From the NCBI GenBank assembly GCA_951406725.2, contig OX597815.1:191890001-191954000 (forward strand): a stretch of DNA of 64,000 bases, in the 5' to 3' direction. This document shows positions 27,931-41,821 of the stretch, one piece after another. The position numbers and the translations under genes are program-made. The stretch's first letter is position 1, and each line of letters begins with the position of its first letter. The notes under the pieces were generated by a model. That model saw only the letters and a list, made by a program, of their open reading frames with translations. It was not told the DNA's origin and did no database searches. Source of the DNA: Octopus vulgaris. Taxonomy: Eukaryota.

Positions 27931-28196
27931 AGAATTATCTGTTTACAGCTTGACACGGCTCTGTGCAAATTAAAGTTTCATACTCTTGCATAATAAATCT
28001 TGTCTTATAAGGCTTCTAATGGTAGAAAGTGAGATAAATAGATGTCTGATGAAAAACGTCTGTTCCATAAAAATTGAAGTTGTTGGAGCTCGCTCAAACT
28101 CTTATTGAATAATACATATAATTCCTCACAAATGTGTTGAGTGTTACTTTCTTCCGCTTGTCCACTCACCCATGTACATATATGTATGTTTGTGTG

Positions 28197-28248
<52 letters not shown>

Positions 28249-28369
28249 AGTGTATATGTTTGTGCCTTCTTGTCTTGACCTGGTGTGATAATTGTAAACG
28301 AGCATCAGTGTCATAGAAGCAGTGTCAGTCATTTCCGATTTTCTATGAAAAATATTGCAATATTCTGCG

Positions 28370-28710
28370 AGAAAATGTTCCAAGAAGGATAGTGGCTGTC
28401 ATGAAGAATAATAATCGCAAACGAATGATTTGAATGATTTAAGCCATTTCATTCATCCAACACTTAGGTTATGAGAGTCTTCGAAAATCTCAACCTTAAC
28501 TTCGAAATATTGCTTATGCTTATCATGTGACCAAATTAAAATTTTTTTTCTTTATGTCAGTAAAAAGTTTAAGCAAAAAGAAATTCTTGCTTATGCAATA
28601 CATGATATTGTTGAAAAAAACACTTCCAAAATTTTGGTAAAGTATATTTCGAACAAATTAGCTTCTATTGAATCTTGTTTCTCAGTTCCATCCAAATTTT
28701 GGAATGGCTG
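28370..28710 (+). mobile_element. Possible Tc1-like 3' relic
   Basis: ENVPRRIVAVMKNNN resembles the Tc1 C-terminal SMPRR..AVI motif; TIR-like end; no partner TIR seen. Confidence 0.35.
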
Positions 28711-28880
28711 TGTGGGTAAGAAGATCACTGTGCAACCATGTTTTTTTTTTAGGTTCAATCCCACTGCATGGCACTTTGAGTAAATGTCTTCTGTCATAGC
28801 CCTGGGCTAACAAAAACCCCACGAGTGGACTCAGAAGATAAAAACAGAAAGAAGCTCATCATCATCATGCTGGCATGGAT

Positions 28881-28923
<43 letters not shown>

Positions 28924-29303
28924 TTCCCGGCACATCTCCTCCTAGCCAACAAATCGTAGAACCACCAAAAATGGGTCACTTAAAGTTTAGGCGAATGAAA
29001 ATTGAATTACGCTATTTCTGTTCCGAAATTCATCTCGCAAGTGCAAAAATCGATAATGTGTTTATTTAGGCCTTATCCCATGCATTGAATAGTGAACTTT
29101 ACTCAGTCAGATGTTTGACGTGAACTGTGTTCACCACACGTGCAAGCATGCGTAAATTGCATGAAAAATAAAAAAATCAAGATATAAAAACGAATTGCTG
29201 TAAACATTGTAGAAATTCGGCAAAGAAATGAATTTTCGGGATGTAGCCTGGAGGGTTTTTTCTTATTAATATATATATATCATCATATATATATGTATGT
29301 ATA

Positions 29304-29336
<33 letters not shown>

Positions 29337-29594
29337 GAGAGTATGATAGAAGAAGGCTAACTCTTCCTTCCGTAGAAGAAAAAATTCAAATCGGACCATG
29401 TTAACACCAAAAATTATTTACATCAAAAAGGTGCCTTTTTTCTATGAAAATCCCTATTTTTTATGATGTTTCGCCATTTTTCGATGTATTTCACTTAAAG
29501 AGAATAAAAAGCTACATACTGCCAAATTTTTACTTTTCAAAAATTCCAATTCTAAAGGGTCTAAACAAACCACAACGCCGGGTGATACTGCTAG
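29337..29594 (+). mobile_element. 5'-truncated non-autonomous Helitron
   Basis: Collinear with 53170-53460; ends GCCGGGTGATACTGCTAG|T. Confidence 0.8.
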
Positions 29595-30901
29595 TATATA
29601 TATAAGAATATTTTTATATAAGCCTAAAGCTTTCTTTTTTCTGTCAAGGGCTTATATGCCCCATTGTTAGATTATTTTCCTTAGTTATTGCACGGTGATT
29701 GCCATAAGCTTTAAGCCTATATAAAAATACGATTATTATTATTTACAGGATTGTAAAAATGGCACCGTCTAAAAGAAAAACCCATTCTCACCGAAACCAC
29801 ATACATATATCTATGTATGTATGTATGTATGTATGTATCTATCTATCTATATCTATACATAATATGAAGTGCATTGTGAAACAAGGAAGAGCATTGTAAT
29901 CAGTGATGTATGACAACATCTGATAATCTGGTCAATGCAGTGAGAATGATGTGCGCGTGTGTGTGTTTGTATCCTTTTCTTGATATCATGTGATCCTTCT
30001 AAATGACTGTTCTCATCATACAAGCAATGTCCTTCATTGGCAATATTCTGCAAGAGCAAGTCTCGCCATGCTTGGAAACAGGTGAGGGTTAGCAATGGGA
30101 AGAGTACCCAGCCATAGGAAAATTTGCCTCAATGAAATTCATATGACCCCATGCAAGCTTGGAAAAATGGACATTAAAACGATGGCGATGACAACGATGA
30201 CGACATCGATGATAATGACAACGATGTGTATTAGGAATAAAACACTGGAGATTTACCAGCTGGAAATCAAATTAAGCATGTCATTATTTATTCAAAATTG
30301 ATGTGATGCATTAGACTCGGTATTCATAATAGTAGTAGTAGTAGAAATCATAGTAGTGAAGGCACATGGCTTAGTGGTTAGCATATTCAGTTCATCATCA
30401 TATGGTCATGAGTTCAATACCTGGCAACGCATCATTATACCCATGAGCAAGACATTTTATTTTATATTGTTACAGTCCACTCATCTGGCAAAAAGGAGTA
30501 ACCCCTGCATTTAAAGGGCCAGTCTTGTCACATTCTGTGTCATGCTGAATCTCCAGCTGGACATACATACATACAGACAGACAAGTAGGCAGGTGGACGG
30601 ACAGATGGATAGAGAGATAGACAGACAGAAAGACGAACAGATGCATTGATAGATCGATAGATACGATGGGATTCTTTTAGTTTCTGTTTACCGTATCCAC
30701 TCACAAGGCTTTGATTAGCCCGGGGCCATGGTAGAAGACACTTATCTAAGATGCCACAGTGTAGAATTGAACCCAGAACCATGTTGCTGAGAAGTAAACT
30801 TCTTACCACACAGCCATGCCTGTGCCTGCATTATTATTATTATTATTATTTATCATTATTATTATTATTATTATTATTATTTCTTCTTCTTCTTCTTCTT
30901 C

Positions 30902-30936
<35 letters not shown>

Positions 30937-31546
30937 TTTCTTCTTCTTCTTTTTTTTTATTATTATTATTATTTTTCTTCTTATTATAATTATTATTATT
31001 ATTATTTATTATTATTATTATTGTTGTTGTTGTTGTTTTTCTTCAAGTATTTTTTTCAAATAATTTTTTTCCCCCCTTAAAATAGGCTAACTGCCATAAC
31101 CTTATTTTTGATATAATAAATATTCCGCAACCAATTCAAGAAGTTATAATTATAATATTTTTCCTTTTTGAATTACAGCCAACACGGATTTCAAAAAATA
31201 GTGATTGTCTTGTTTATTAAGAATAAATAAATAAATAAATATATTAAAAGATGAATAATACAAAAACAAATAAAATAGAAATAAAGAAACAGTAAAAGCA
31301 CTTCGTACATAAAATAATTTGGATATAAAGCAACAAAGATGAAATTAAAAAGTCTGTGGAGAAAAAACAACATGAAGTCTGTTGCCAAACTTTTTTTTTC
31401 TCCTTGTTTTATCAGATCATGTAGATTAAGAAAATGTATATATGTGTGTGTGCAGTAATGTATGTGTGTATGTGTATGCATGTGGGTATGTGTGTGTGTA
31501 CGTGTCGAAAATGTATGTGCATGTGTATGTATGCATGTGCATATAT

Positions 31547-31578
<32 letters not shown>

Positions 31579-31632
31579 CTGTGCATGCATTTGAGTATGC
31601 ATAAACTGACAATTATCTAAATGCATGCATAT

Positions 31633-31669
<37 letters not shown>

Positions 31670-31673
31670 TACA

Positions 31674-31740
<67 letters not shown>

Positions 31741-31746
31741 ACACAC

Positions 31747-31810
<64 letters not shown>

Positions 31811-32027
31811 AAATACACTCATACACACACAGATACATATATGTATGTGTATATATATGTGTGTGTGTGAATATATATATATGTATATCTATCTTGCTAT
31901 CTATATATGCATATATACATATATGTATATGTGTGCGTTCGAGTGTATATGCATTCACATATATCTATATAAATGTGTAAATATATATATATATATATAC
32001 ACATATACATATATATACACGTATACA

Positions 32028-32058
<31 letters not shown>

Positions 32059-33118
32059 ATTTATGCATGTATGTTTGTCTTCTATATGTATATATGTATG
32101 CCTATATAAATATACACCTCACCATACATTTATACATTTCAGCTATAAAAATTAGCTGAAGCAAATATTAAATCGTACATACACCCGAAAAAAGGTAAAA
32201 CAAACAAAATTAATATGTAGAATAAAGAAGCATAGAAATTGCTTTTAAACGAAGTGTTGATAGAAGCTTTGTATACACGAAAATTACAGAGTTGTAAAAA
32301 TTGTAGAACAAAAAAAAACTATTTCCAACAAAATATGTAAATATGGTGTATAAATGTCTATGTAAATAGTTATAATGTAGAGGTTGAATATCAGTGTATA
32401 CGAGGTAGTTGAACATGTGTGCATGTGACAGACATGTACGTAAATTTGTATGTGTGTATGTTTAATTATGTGTGTGTTTGAGTGTGGGCTTGTATGTATG
32501 TGTGTATGTAGATATGTATTTATGTTTGCATGCATGAATTTATGTGTATATCTATATGTGTGTGTATGTATTTAGGTATGTGAATGGGGGTATATTTCCA
32601 TATTGTATTACGTATATACCACCATGATCATCACTACCAGCTCCCAACACCAGACACTAACAAACACAAACAGACCCCCTACACACACACACACACATAG
32701 ACACACATGTATGTGCATATTTATGTGTGTTTATATATACTCTTGTTATCATTGCAAATGAAAATGATGAATATTTATACACACACGCCACATACACACA
32801 CACACATATATATATACGTATATACATACATATATGTGAAGACATGTGACCTAGTGGTTAGGCTTCTGTACTCACTATTGCTAGATCGTGGGTTCGATTC
32901 CCAGATCGGGTGGCATGTCGTGTTCTTCAGCAAAACACTTTATTTCAAATTGCTCCAGTCCCCTTTTCAAACAGGGGGGAATATTGGCCTGCTTGCCTAG
33001 ACAGCCAAGTGGTGTCATTTGAAGGCTAAAACAATGCAAGAAAGTGCATTGTGACCGGCGATTTGTAACAACATCTGACCGTCTGGCCAGTAAAGTGCTC
33101 ACACACACACACACATGC

Positions 33119-33152
<34 letters not shown>

Positions 33153-33984
33153 CGAAAGACACCTGTTGTTATTTTTTTGTTTGTATTTGTAATTGTGTAA
33201 CATTTTCTCTGTTGTTTTTTGTCTTTGTTGTTGTACACATTCGCTCGTTTTCTCCCAAAATATTTAATGCACTTAGATATTTGGAGCCAACCAGATTTGA
33301 ACAGTTTCAAGTGTAACCAGCCAAAACTCTAAGGATAATCTGGAAACTTGACTGAGGAGAGAAGGCTATGAATGACCTGTCCTTGTATTTTTTTCCTGTC
33401 CGTTTTTTGTTGTTTTTTCTGTCCATATTTGTATCATCTGTCCAGATGTTTTATTGTCATCTGTTGCATTTATGTTCCATTTTGTTGGACTTATATATAA
33501 TTGAAATCGAAATCAAATTTGATGACTGGCATCCGTTCTAGTGGAGCCCTAAGCGCACCATCTGAGCATGATTGTTGCCAGAGCAGCTAACTGGTTTCTA
33601 TGCTGGTGGCATGAGAAAAGCACCATTCGAGCGTGATCGTTACCAGCATCACCTTACTGGCACATGAAAAAACATTCAAGCAATGTCCTTGCCAGTGCTG
33701 CTGGACTGGCTCCTGTGCAGGTGGCACATAAAAACACCATTTGAGCATGGCCGTTGCCAGTACCACCAGACTGGCTCTCGTGCTGGTGGCATGTGAAAGC
33801 ACCCACTACACTCTTGGAGTGGTTGGCATTAGGAAGGGCATCCAGCTGTAGAAACTCTGCTAGATCAAGACTGAAGCAAGCTACTTCTATGATATACGTC
33901 AACCGATTGCATTTATATTGTGACATGTCTTACCAAACACTGAAACAGGTAGCATGTAGTAGTAGTCCTAATATATATATAAAT

Positions 33985-34150
33985 AAATTATAAATTAGGG
34001 TATCTACGAGATACCACCATGCTGAAAATAGCAGCCATGAGCTGACTCTAAAACCACCTTAATTGTCCATATATTAGGTGGTTTTAGCATCAGATCATAG
34101 CTGCTATTTTCAGCATGGTGGTAACTCATAGATACCCTAATTTATAATTT
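33985..34150. repeat. Palindromic element next to (TA)n
   Basis: AAATTATAAATTAGGGTATCTA..CCACCATGCTGAAAATAGCAGC and its reverse complement. Confidence 0.85.
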
Positions 34151-35718
34151 TAATAATTATCACCTCTGAAGGTTATTTTTTCCATGCTGGCCACTTGATA
34201 AAATCGTTATTTTATTTTTAAATTAACGATCTTATCCTTATATATATATATATATATATTACTTTTTAAAGTTACCACAGGTTTTCTATAGAAATCAGAG
34301 GCAGCACAGAAAGTTAAGGTGTTTTATATATGAATATATCAATGTAAACAGTGTGATCAAAGTTAAAATCTAGGTAATGAGTGTATATGCATAATATTTC
34401 CAGAGTTATTGCTATTTCATGAGCATCTCATCAAACCCATTCAAATCGAAATGCAAAAATGGCCATTTATTTGCACAAAACTTTATTAAAATACGTATCA
34501 AACTGAAATAAGCTCTAAAACTGAAAGTCAATATAATAAATTAAAACCCACGGAAGATTGTGCTCCAGCTTGGCCACAGTCCAGTGACTGAAACTAATAA
34601 GTGAATTAAAAATTATGAAGTGAAAGATTGCAAATAGCAGAATGATGGTACAGTGTTTATTGATAAATTCAGCATAAAATTTTCAAAGAAATTGCCGAGA
34701 TGATATCATAGATCTCAAAGGGGCAGACATTCCGTATTAGGAGTTGACAGCCAATATATTTATTTATATGTTCTAAACCAATGATTTAAATTACTGCTAC
34801 AACAGGCAGCTCTTTTCTGGCTTACATAAATGTTTGCTCTTTCTTTCTTTCCTTCCTTTTTTTGTAATTTAATTTTTATTCGGAATTTATTTATTTTTTT
34901 TTTAATTAAAAAAAAAACCATCTATATTTTGCAAAAATATTTTGTCGTTGCTTTCATTTTCTCAGAATATTTTATGGTGTGTTAATTCCTTGAAGTGTAA
35001 TAAAATGTCTTGAAGATAAAAAAAAATACAAACAAAAATAACATTATTTTCTTCATTTTAATTCATTGCCAATATTATTTTTCTTTGTAAATTTTTTTTC
35101 TTTAAATCAAACACACAGAGACATATAATGAAAACTAGAGAATCACTTTCTTTGACCATGTGATAGAGAAGGTTTCTTTTAGTTTTCAATGAATATAATT
35201 AGGATAGAGTTAAGAATACATACAATTTGCTATTTTAAATGCATGAAAGGCCAACCATTCTTCCAAGTAAAATCAGAAAGAAAATAGAGAGATTATTTAC
35301 TGTTCTAGGACTTCAGTTATACATTATTTTGGAGTTTAAATTCAAGATTTTACTAGGAATGGATTTGGTTGATAGAAACTGAAAGCCTACTGTATATACC
35401 TATGAAGCCTGTCACACACACACACTCACAGACATGTATGTATATTTGTATGTATGCATGTCTCTTCTATTTTTTAATTATTATAAATCTTCCACTGAGG
35501 AGGGAGCTAGTTTCCAACAAATATACAAGTCTCCATCTTTGGGATGTAGTTAACACAGACAAATTCACATTTGGAATTTGAGGAAAGTCTTGCATATTGG
35601 AATTTCAACATCAACAACAGGGTATTTTTGTATGAATGTATATATGTATAGATTTGTATGTTTTATGTATGTATTCTCATGCATATAGTTGCATATCTAG
35701 ACATGCTTATATATATAT

Positions 35719-35986
35719 TTAAACGCTAAACTTCTGGAAAGTTTTACAGATTTTTACAGTTCCAGTGATGGACTGGATCTGTAATCTTCGAATTAGCTTT
35801 CCCCTTTCTGGTTTTGAGAAGCCTAATTTCTCAAGATTGGTCTTTAAGCAATGTGTTACATATTCCAGGACCCCAATAATTACGGGTATAAACCTGAACT
35901 TGTAATCTGGATAGAGTAACTGCAGATTTCTCAACAGTTCAGCATAGGTGTTCTCTTTTTCACTGATCGCCAGCTTTATGTTAACA
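35719..35986 (-). pseudogene. R4/Dong-like (RLE) retrotransposon C-terminal relic
   Basis: SEKENTYAELLRNLQLLYPDYKFRFIPVIIGVLEYV..LQIQSITGTVKICKTFQKF. Confidence 0.75.
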
Positions 35987-36081
35987 TGTATGTATGTATG
36001 TAAGCATGCATGCATGTATGTGTGTGTGTGCATGTGCATTTGTGTATGTTGGTTTCTCCTTGCCCTGACATTTTCTCCTGA

Positions 36082-36380
36082 AGGTGCATGGCTCAGTGGT
36101 TAGGGTATTCAGCTAAGGATCATAAGGTCATAAGTTTAATTTCCAGTGTCACATTTTGTTCTTGAGCAAGACACTTTATTTCACATCGTTCCAGTCCACT
36201 CAGCTGGCAAAAATAAAAAGTGCCTGTTGTTCAAAGGGCCAGTGTTATTACATTCTGTGTCATGCTGGATCTCCCGGAGAACTGCATTAAGGTTATGCAT
36301 GTCTGTGGAGTACTCAGGCATTTTCCCATTGATTTAATGAGCAGGCTATTCCATTGATTAGATCAACTGGAACTCTCATT
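36082..36380 (+). mobile_element. SINE D-related copy
   Basis: TGGCTCAGTGGTTAGG head and TTCTTGAGCAAGACACTT core; similar copies at about 30358, 32840, 38700, 45420 and 46949. Confidence 0.7.
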
Positions 36381-36734
36381 TTTTTATGATTATTAACCTA
36401 TTTGTTTTTTTAATTTTTTGACCTCCTACCAATTTGCCCTAATCAGCCAAGCTGCCAAAGGGCTTAATCTGATTTTTTATGCAATTTCTGAAAATAATTT
36501 TTTTGTAATCTTTACTTAATGTAATTGATAAAAAAATGTTCAATGTAAATTGAATTAATAAATTCATTTATTTATTTATAACTGCCTGAGTGGCATATTT
36601 TGTTATCTTTCTCTTAATCATCATCCTTGCACATCTATTATTCTCTTTTCAAGAAGTGGAGTCCTTACACCATTTGTGTCTTAGTTTGAACATCCATTTT
36701 ATAGAACTCATTTCCTTCTCATTTTTGGACTCGA

Positions 36735-37190
36735 TCATCATCATCATCGTCGTTTAACGTCCGTTCTCCATGCTAGCATGGGTTGGACGGTTCGACCGGG
36801 GATCTGGGAAGCCAGAAGGCTGCACCAGGCTCCAGTCTTATCTGGCAATGTTTCTACAGCTGGATGCCCTTCCTAACGCCAACCACTCCGTGAGTGTAGT
36901 GGGTGCTTTTTACGTGCCACCTGCACAGGTGCCAGGCGAGGCTGGCAACGGCCACGGTCAGATTGGTGCATTTTACGTGCCACTGGCACGGAAGCCAGTC
37001 GAGGCGGCACTGGCATCGGCCACGATTCAGATGGTGCTTTTTACGTGCCACCGGCACGGAAGCCAGTCGAGGCGGCGCTGGCATCGGCCATGATTCGGAT
37101 AGTGCTTTTTACGTACCACCAGTCCAGGGGTCCTGGCATCTGCCGGGTGCCAGTCATAGGATTAGTTCAATTTTGATTTCGATTTCGATA
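36735..37190 (-). mobile_element. Long SINE C with four ~60-bp repeats
   Basis: Tail and core as at 26905; 5' end (GAAATC)n..ATGACTGGCACCCG. Confidence 0.85.
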
Positions 37191-37389
37191 TAATATTATA
37201 TTTTATATAATCATCATCATCATCATTTAACATCTGTTTTCCATGCTGGCATGGGTTGGATGGTTTAACATTTAAAAAATTTTCATGTTGATCATTTTGT
37301 ACCTTTTACCGTAGCTTCTTGTTAAACTTTCTGTTTTTATTCTTCCCATTTTTTAAGTAAGCAAATGTGATAGCAATCAGATATATACG

Positions 37390-37940
37390 TAGCAATCCAA
37401 CGAAGCTATACTAAGAAAATCGTCTCAATGGAACGCATCAGCTACTGGAAAAGACTGAAAGAATTAAACCTATTCACCCTAGAATGAAGGCAGGAAAGAT
37501 ATGTAGTGGTATACATCTAGAAAATCCTGGAAGGCTCTGTATCAGACTTTGGCATAGAAAGATACACAAACAGCAGAATGGAGCACCACAGCATATTCTC
37601 AAAGATCCCAACATCGCCATCAAAATACAGGACCAGATACTGCAACAGCTTGGGTTTCAAGGGCCCACACCTGTTTGATAGCCTTCTAAAATGCCTGAGG
37701 GACCTGCATGGTGTGGACATGGGTGTCTTTGAAACAAAACTGGATCGCTTCCTGTCAAGGGTTCCAAATGAGCCTACCTCATGACAGGAAATACAGATGA
37801 AGGCAGCAGCACCAAACTCCCTCATTTACCAAATGCCACATATCAGAGGAGGGTTTAAATAATGGTGTAGCACAGCCAATGGTGGTGCCCCAGCATGACT
37901 GTAGCTTTAAAGCTGAAACAATTTAAAGATTAAAGATTGA
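37390..37940 (+). pseudogene. CR1-clade LINE 3' end with UTR
   Basis: ISYWKRLKELNLFTLE*RQERY..NSLGFKGPHLFDSLLKCLRDLHGVDMGVFETKLDRFLSRVPNEP; tail GGTGCCCCAGCATGACTG..CTGAAACA. Confidence 0.85.
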
Positions 37941-37945
37941 AGATA

Positions 37946-38518
37946 TATTGGATTGTTCAGAAAGTTCATGCCGATTTTTAAAGGAAAGAAAAAGGTCAAT
38001 AAATACTTGCCATTACATTTTTAATCAACCAAATATGAACCATTTTGTTGCATAATGCCTCTTTAACTTTCCTTTAACTTGAAAATACTCTCTTCCCAGA
38101 ATTGAAGTGATGGCTTCATGGCAAAGAATTCATCAAGGTATCTTTTTATGTCATCCAAGGAATTGAAATTTTTACCATTAAGACTATCCTGCAGAGACCT
38201 GAATAAGTGGAAATCCGAAGGAGCAATATTTGGTAAATATGGAGGGTGGGGTAACACATCCCACTCAAGCTGCAGCAATCTTTGTCTGGTTCCCAAAGCA
38301 TCAAGTGCCGAAAATGAACTTTCTTATCTTTCATTTTAAAGGGTTACAGAATTAACACAGGTTATAGGAACATAAATCTTCTTCCATGAAAAGATAGCTT
38401 AAACTGTGCTCTAAATGGAGGTGTAGTCAAATACTATTTTATGGACTCAGCCATGTTCTAAAATAAGTCGAAAGGTAAGCTACTGTAAATCGGCACAAAC
38501 TTTCTGGACAACCCAATA
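37946..38518 (-). mobile_element. Internally deleted mariner transposon
   Basis: TIRs TATTGGATTGTTCAGAAAGTTCATGCCGATTT and AAATCGGCACAAACTTTCTGGACAACCCAATA; MKDKKVHFRHLMLWE N-terminus joined to WDVLPHPPYLPNIAPSDFHLFRSLQ (YSPDLAPSD motif). Confidence 0.92.
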
Positions 38519-39839
38519 CATATATATACATACATATGACGGATTCTCCTGTCGAAGATGACATATCAGTGTAAAGCTTTTTGGCCAAATGACCTGCACA
38601 AATGATTTGATTATAGTGATCAGATGTTTGTGCCAGACATTAGCTCATACCCTCCATCAAATCAATGTTACCTGAACAGGTGTTATGTGTCAGGTGTCAA
38701 GGTGATCACAGAGGAATGTGAGACAAAGTGTTTTGCTCAAAAACACAACACACTACCCTGTCTAGGAATTGAAACCATGATTTTGTGATTGTGTGTGCAA
38801 TGCCTTAACCACTAGGCCATATGTTCTGACTCTACATATATACATATACAATTATGTATGTACCTATAAAAATCATATACATACAAATGTATGTACATAC
38901 ATATTTGTATGTGCATATATAATGTATGGAAGGGCATTAGTGGTGTTAGGAGGGGCATCCAGCTGTAGAAACTCTGCCAGATCAAGATTGGAGCCTGGTG
39001 CAGCCATCTGGTTCGCCAGCCCTCAGTCAAAATCGTCCAACCCATGCTAGCATGGAAAGCAGATGTTAAACGATGATGATGATATGATGATACATAATGT
39101 ACATACATATGTACATGTATAATTAAGTGGTTGTTTGAGTTTTGTCTTTCTACCAGTTGCTGGCCACCTCTTTGGGAGTCACTTCCAAATAAGGAAAATA
39201 AATAAATGAATAGATAAATAAATATGTAAATAAAAAGATCAGCTTGGGGGAAATTTTTAGAAAGTAAAGATGGTGCAGATAGGAGTGGATCCTGACTTGA
39301 GAAATGAAATGGAATAAACAAGAGAAATGCTTGGGTCTAAGTTAAACTTTCTCAGTGTTGCATGCTGAAATCCGTATTGGGATTGGTTTAATCAAGTATT
39401 TTCCCCCCTTAAAAATCTGGTGTGTTACAAATCTGTTGCATTGCGCAATCAATATTTTATGTCCTCAGCATGAAACGTTATATAATTCATCACCAGAAGG
39501 TTAAGAAGAAGAAGAAGAAGAAGAAAAAAAAATGTTTCAAAATAAAAATAAAAAAAACCAACGATAAAATGAAGGAAGAAATAGGTATCATTCCTAATTC
39601 ATTGAGAAATAATTGGTATTAAAAAAGAAAAAAAAAGAAAAGAAAAGAAAAAAAATATGAAACAAATATGAAAAAAAAAAAAAATTCTTTCAGGAGAAAG
39701 AGTGAGAATCTGATTCAGCCATCCATAGAAACAAATAAATAGCTAAATATCCAGCAGAACCTTTTGGAATTGTTACCGATTGGAAACAGGCTATATAAAA
39801 ATAAAAATATGAACAAAGAAATAAAATAGCCCTACTGCA

Positions 39840-40350
<511 letters not shown>

Positions 40351-40630
40351 CTGGTATATGTATACACACACGTGTGTGGTGTGTATATTTCTGATTCCTC
40401 TCACATTTGCTAACTCCCATGACTTCAAGGATGACTCATTTTCTGCATTATATTCCTTGCCTTTCCTTCATCTTGCACAGTTCTATACCGTTCCACTTTT
40501 TAAATCAATTTTCTTCATCCATCACTCTTAAATATTATTTTAATACTTTCTGCTATACGTTTCAATTTGCCAAGTACTTCATAGCGCCTCTTTCTCTCTC
40601 TCTCTCCGCCTTTCCCATTCTTCCATCTCC

Positions 40631-40673
<43 letters not shown>

Positions 40674-40842
40674 AGGCACTCTCTCAATTAGTGCCACTCA
40701 AAGAGAGAATATATGGCACTGCAATAGACATTGTAAATGGAGATTCCTGCTAAAGAGACACTTGGAGTAAATTGAAAAAATGTGAATAGGTGTACTGATA
40801 TGTGAATACATTATGTAGATATCTATAAAATGTGAATATATA

Positions 40843-41450
40843 GGTGCAGGCGTGGCTTTGTGGTAAGAAGATTGCTTCCCAACCACATGCTTCTGGGTTC
40901 AATCCCACAGAACGGTACACTGTGGTAGAATGGCGAGCTGGTAGAAATATTAGCACACTGGGCGAAATGCTTAGTGGTATTTTGTCTGCTGCTACATTCT
41001 GAGTTCAAATTCCGCCGATGTTAACTTTGCCTTTCATCCTTTCGGGGTCGATAAATTAAGTACCAATTACACACTGGGGTCGATGTAATCATCTTAATCC
41101 CTTTGTCTGTCCTTGTTTGTCCTCTCTGTGTTTAGCCCCTTGTGGGCAGTAAAGAAATAGGTATTTTGTCTGCCATTACATTCTGAGTTCAAATTCCGCT
41201 AAGGTCGCCTTTGCCTTTCATCCTTTCGGGGTTGATAAATCAAGTACCAGTTATGCACTTGGGTCGATATAATCGACTCAATCTGTCTGTCTGTCCTTGT
41301 TTGTCCCCTCTATGTTTAGCCCCTTGTGGGCAATAAAGAAATAAGAAATAAGAATGGCACACCTTGGGCAAGTGTCTTCTACTATAGCCTTGGACCAACT
41401 AAAGCTTTGTGAGTGAATTTGGCAGATGGAAACTGAAAGAAGCCCATTGT
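40843..41450 (+). mobile_element. SINE A head interrupted by a dimeric SINE B
   Basis: AGAACGGTACAC and AGAATGGCACAC flank the insert; same architecture as 612-1415. Confidence 0.8.
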
Positions 41451-41821
41451 GTACACGCGCACACACACATATATTTTTATGTAATATTTTTAGACTAATA
41501 GGTCCATGTCAATTAGTGTGTTGAGTAAAGCTCATTCACAGTTTGGGCTATCTGGTGTCATCCACAGTTGGAATACATTTCCTCTGGAGCTATGTCAGGA
41601 ATTCCACAGTATTAGTTGAGATAATAATAATTGATGAAGAAAACAGAAGATAGATTTAGCTCTAGTCTTTATTCTGTACAACAATCATTTCAGCCCATTC
41701 TGAAACTGTCTGTTATATGCATAAAATCCTACCCTCAATGGACAGTTAGCATGATGGGTCAAAATGATTATCATACTAAATAAAAGCCAGTGCTTCCTTC
41801 ATCAGTTATTATTATTATTAT

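Noticed and set aside
39684-39706. TTCTTTCAG-GAGAAAGA-GTGAGA possible 8-nt exon
   Set aside because: The upstream sequence is poly-A rather than a pyrimidine tract, and the length is not a multiple of three.
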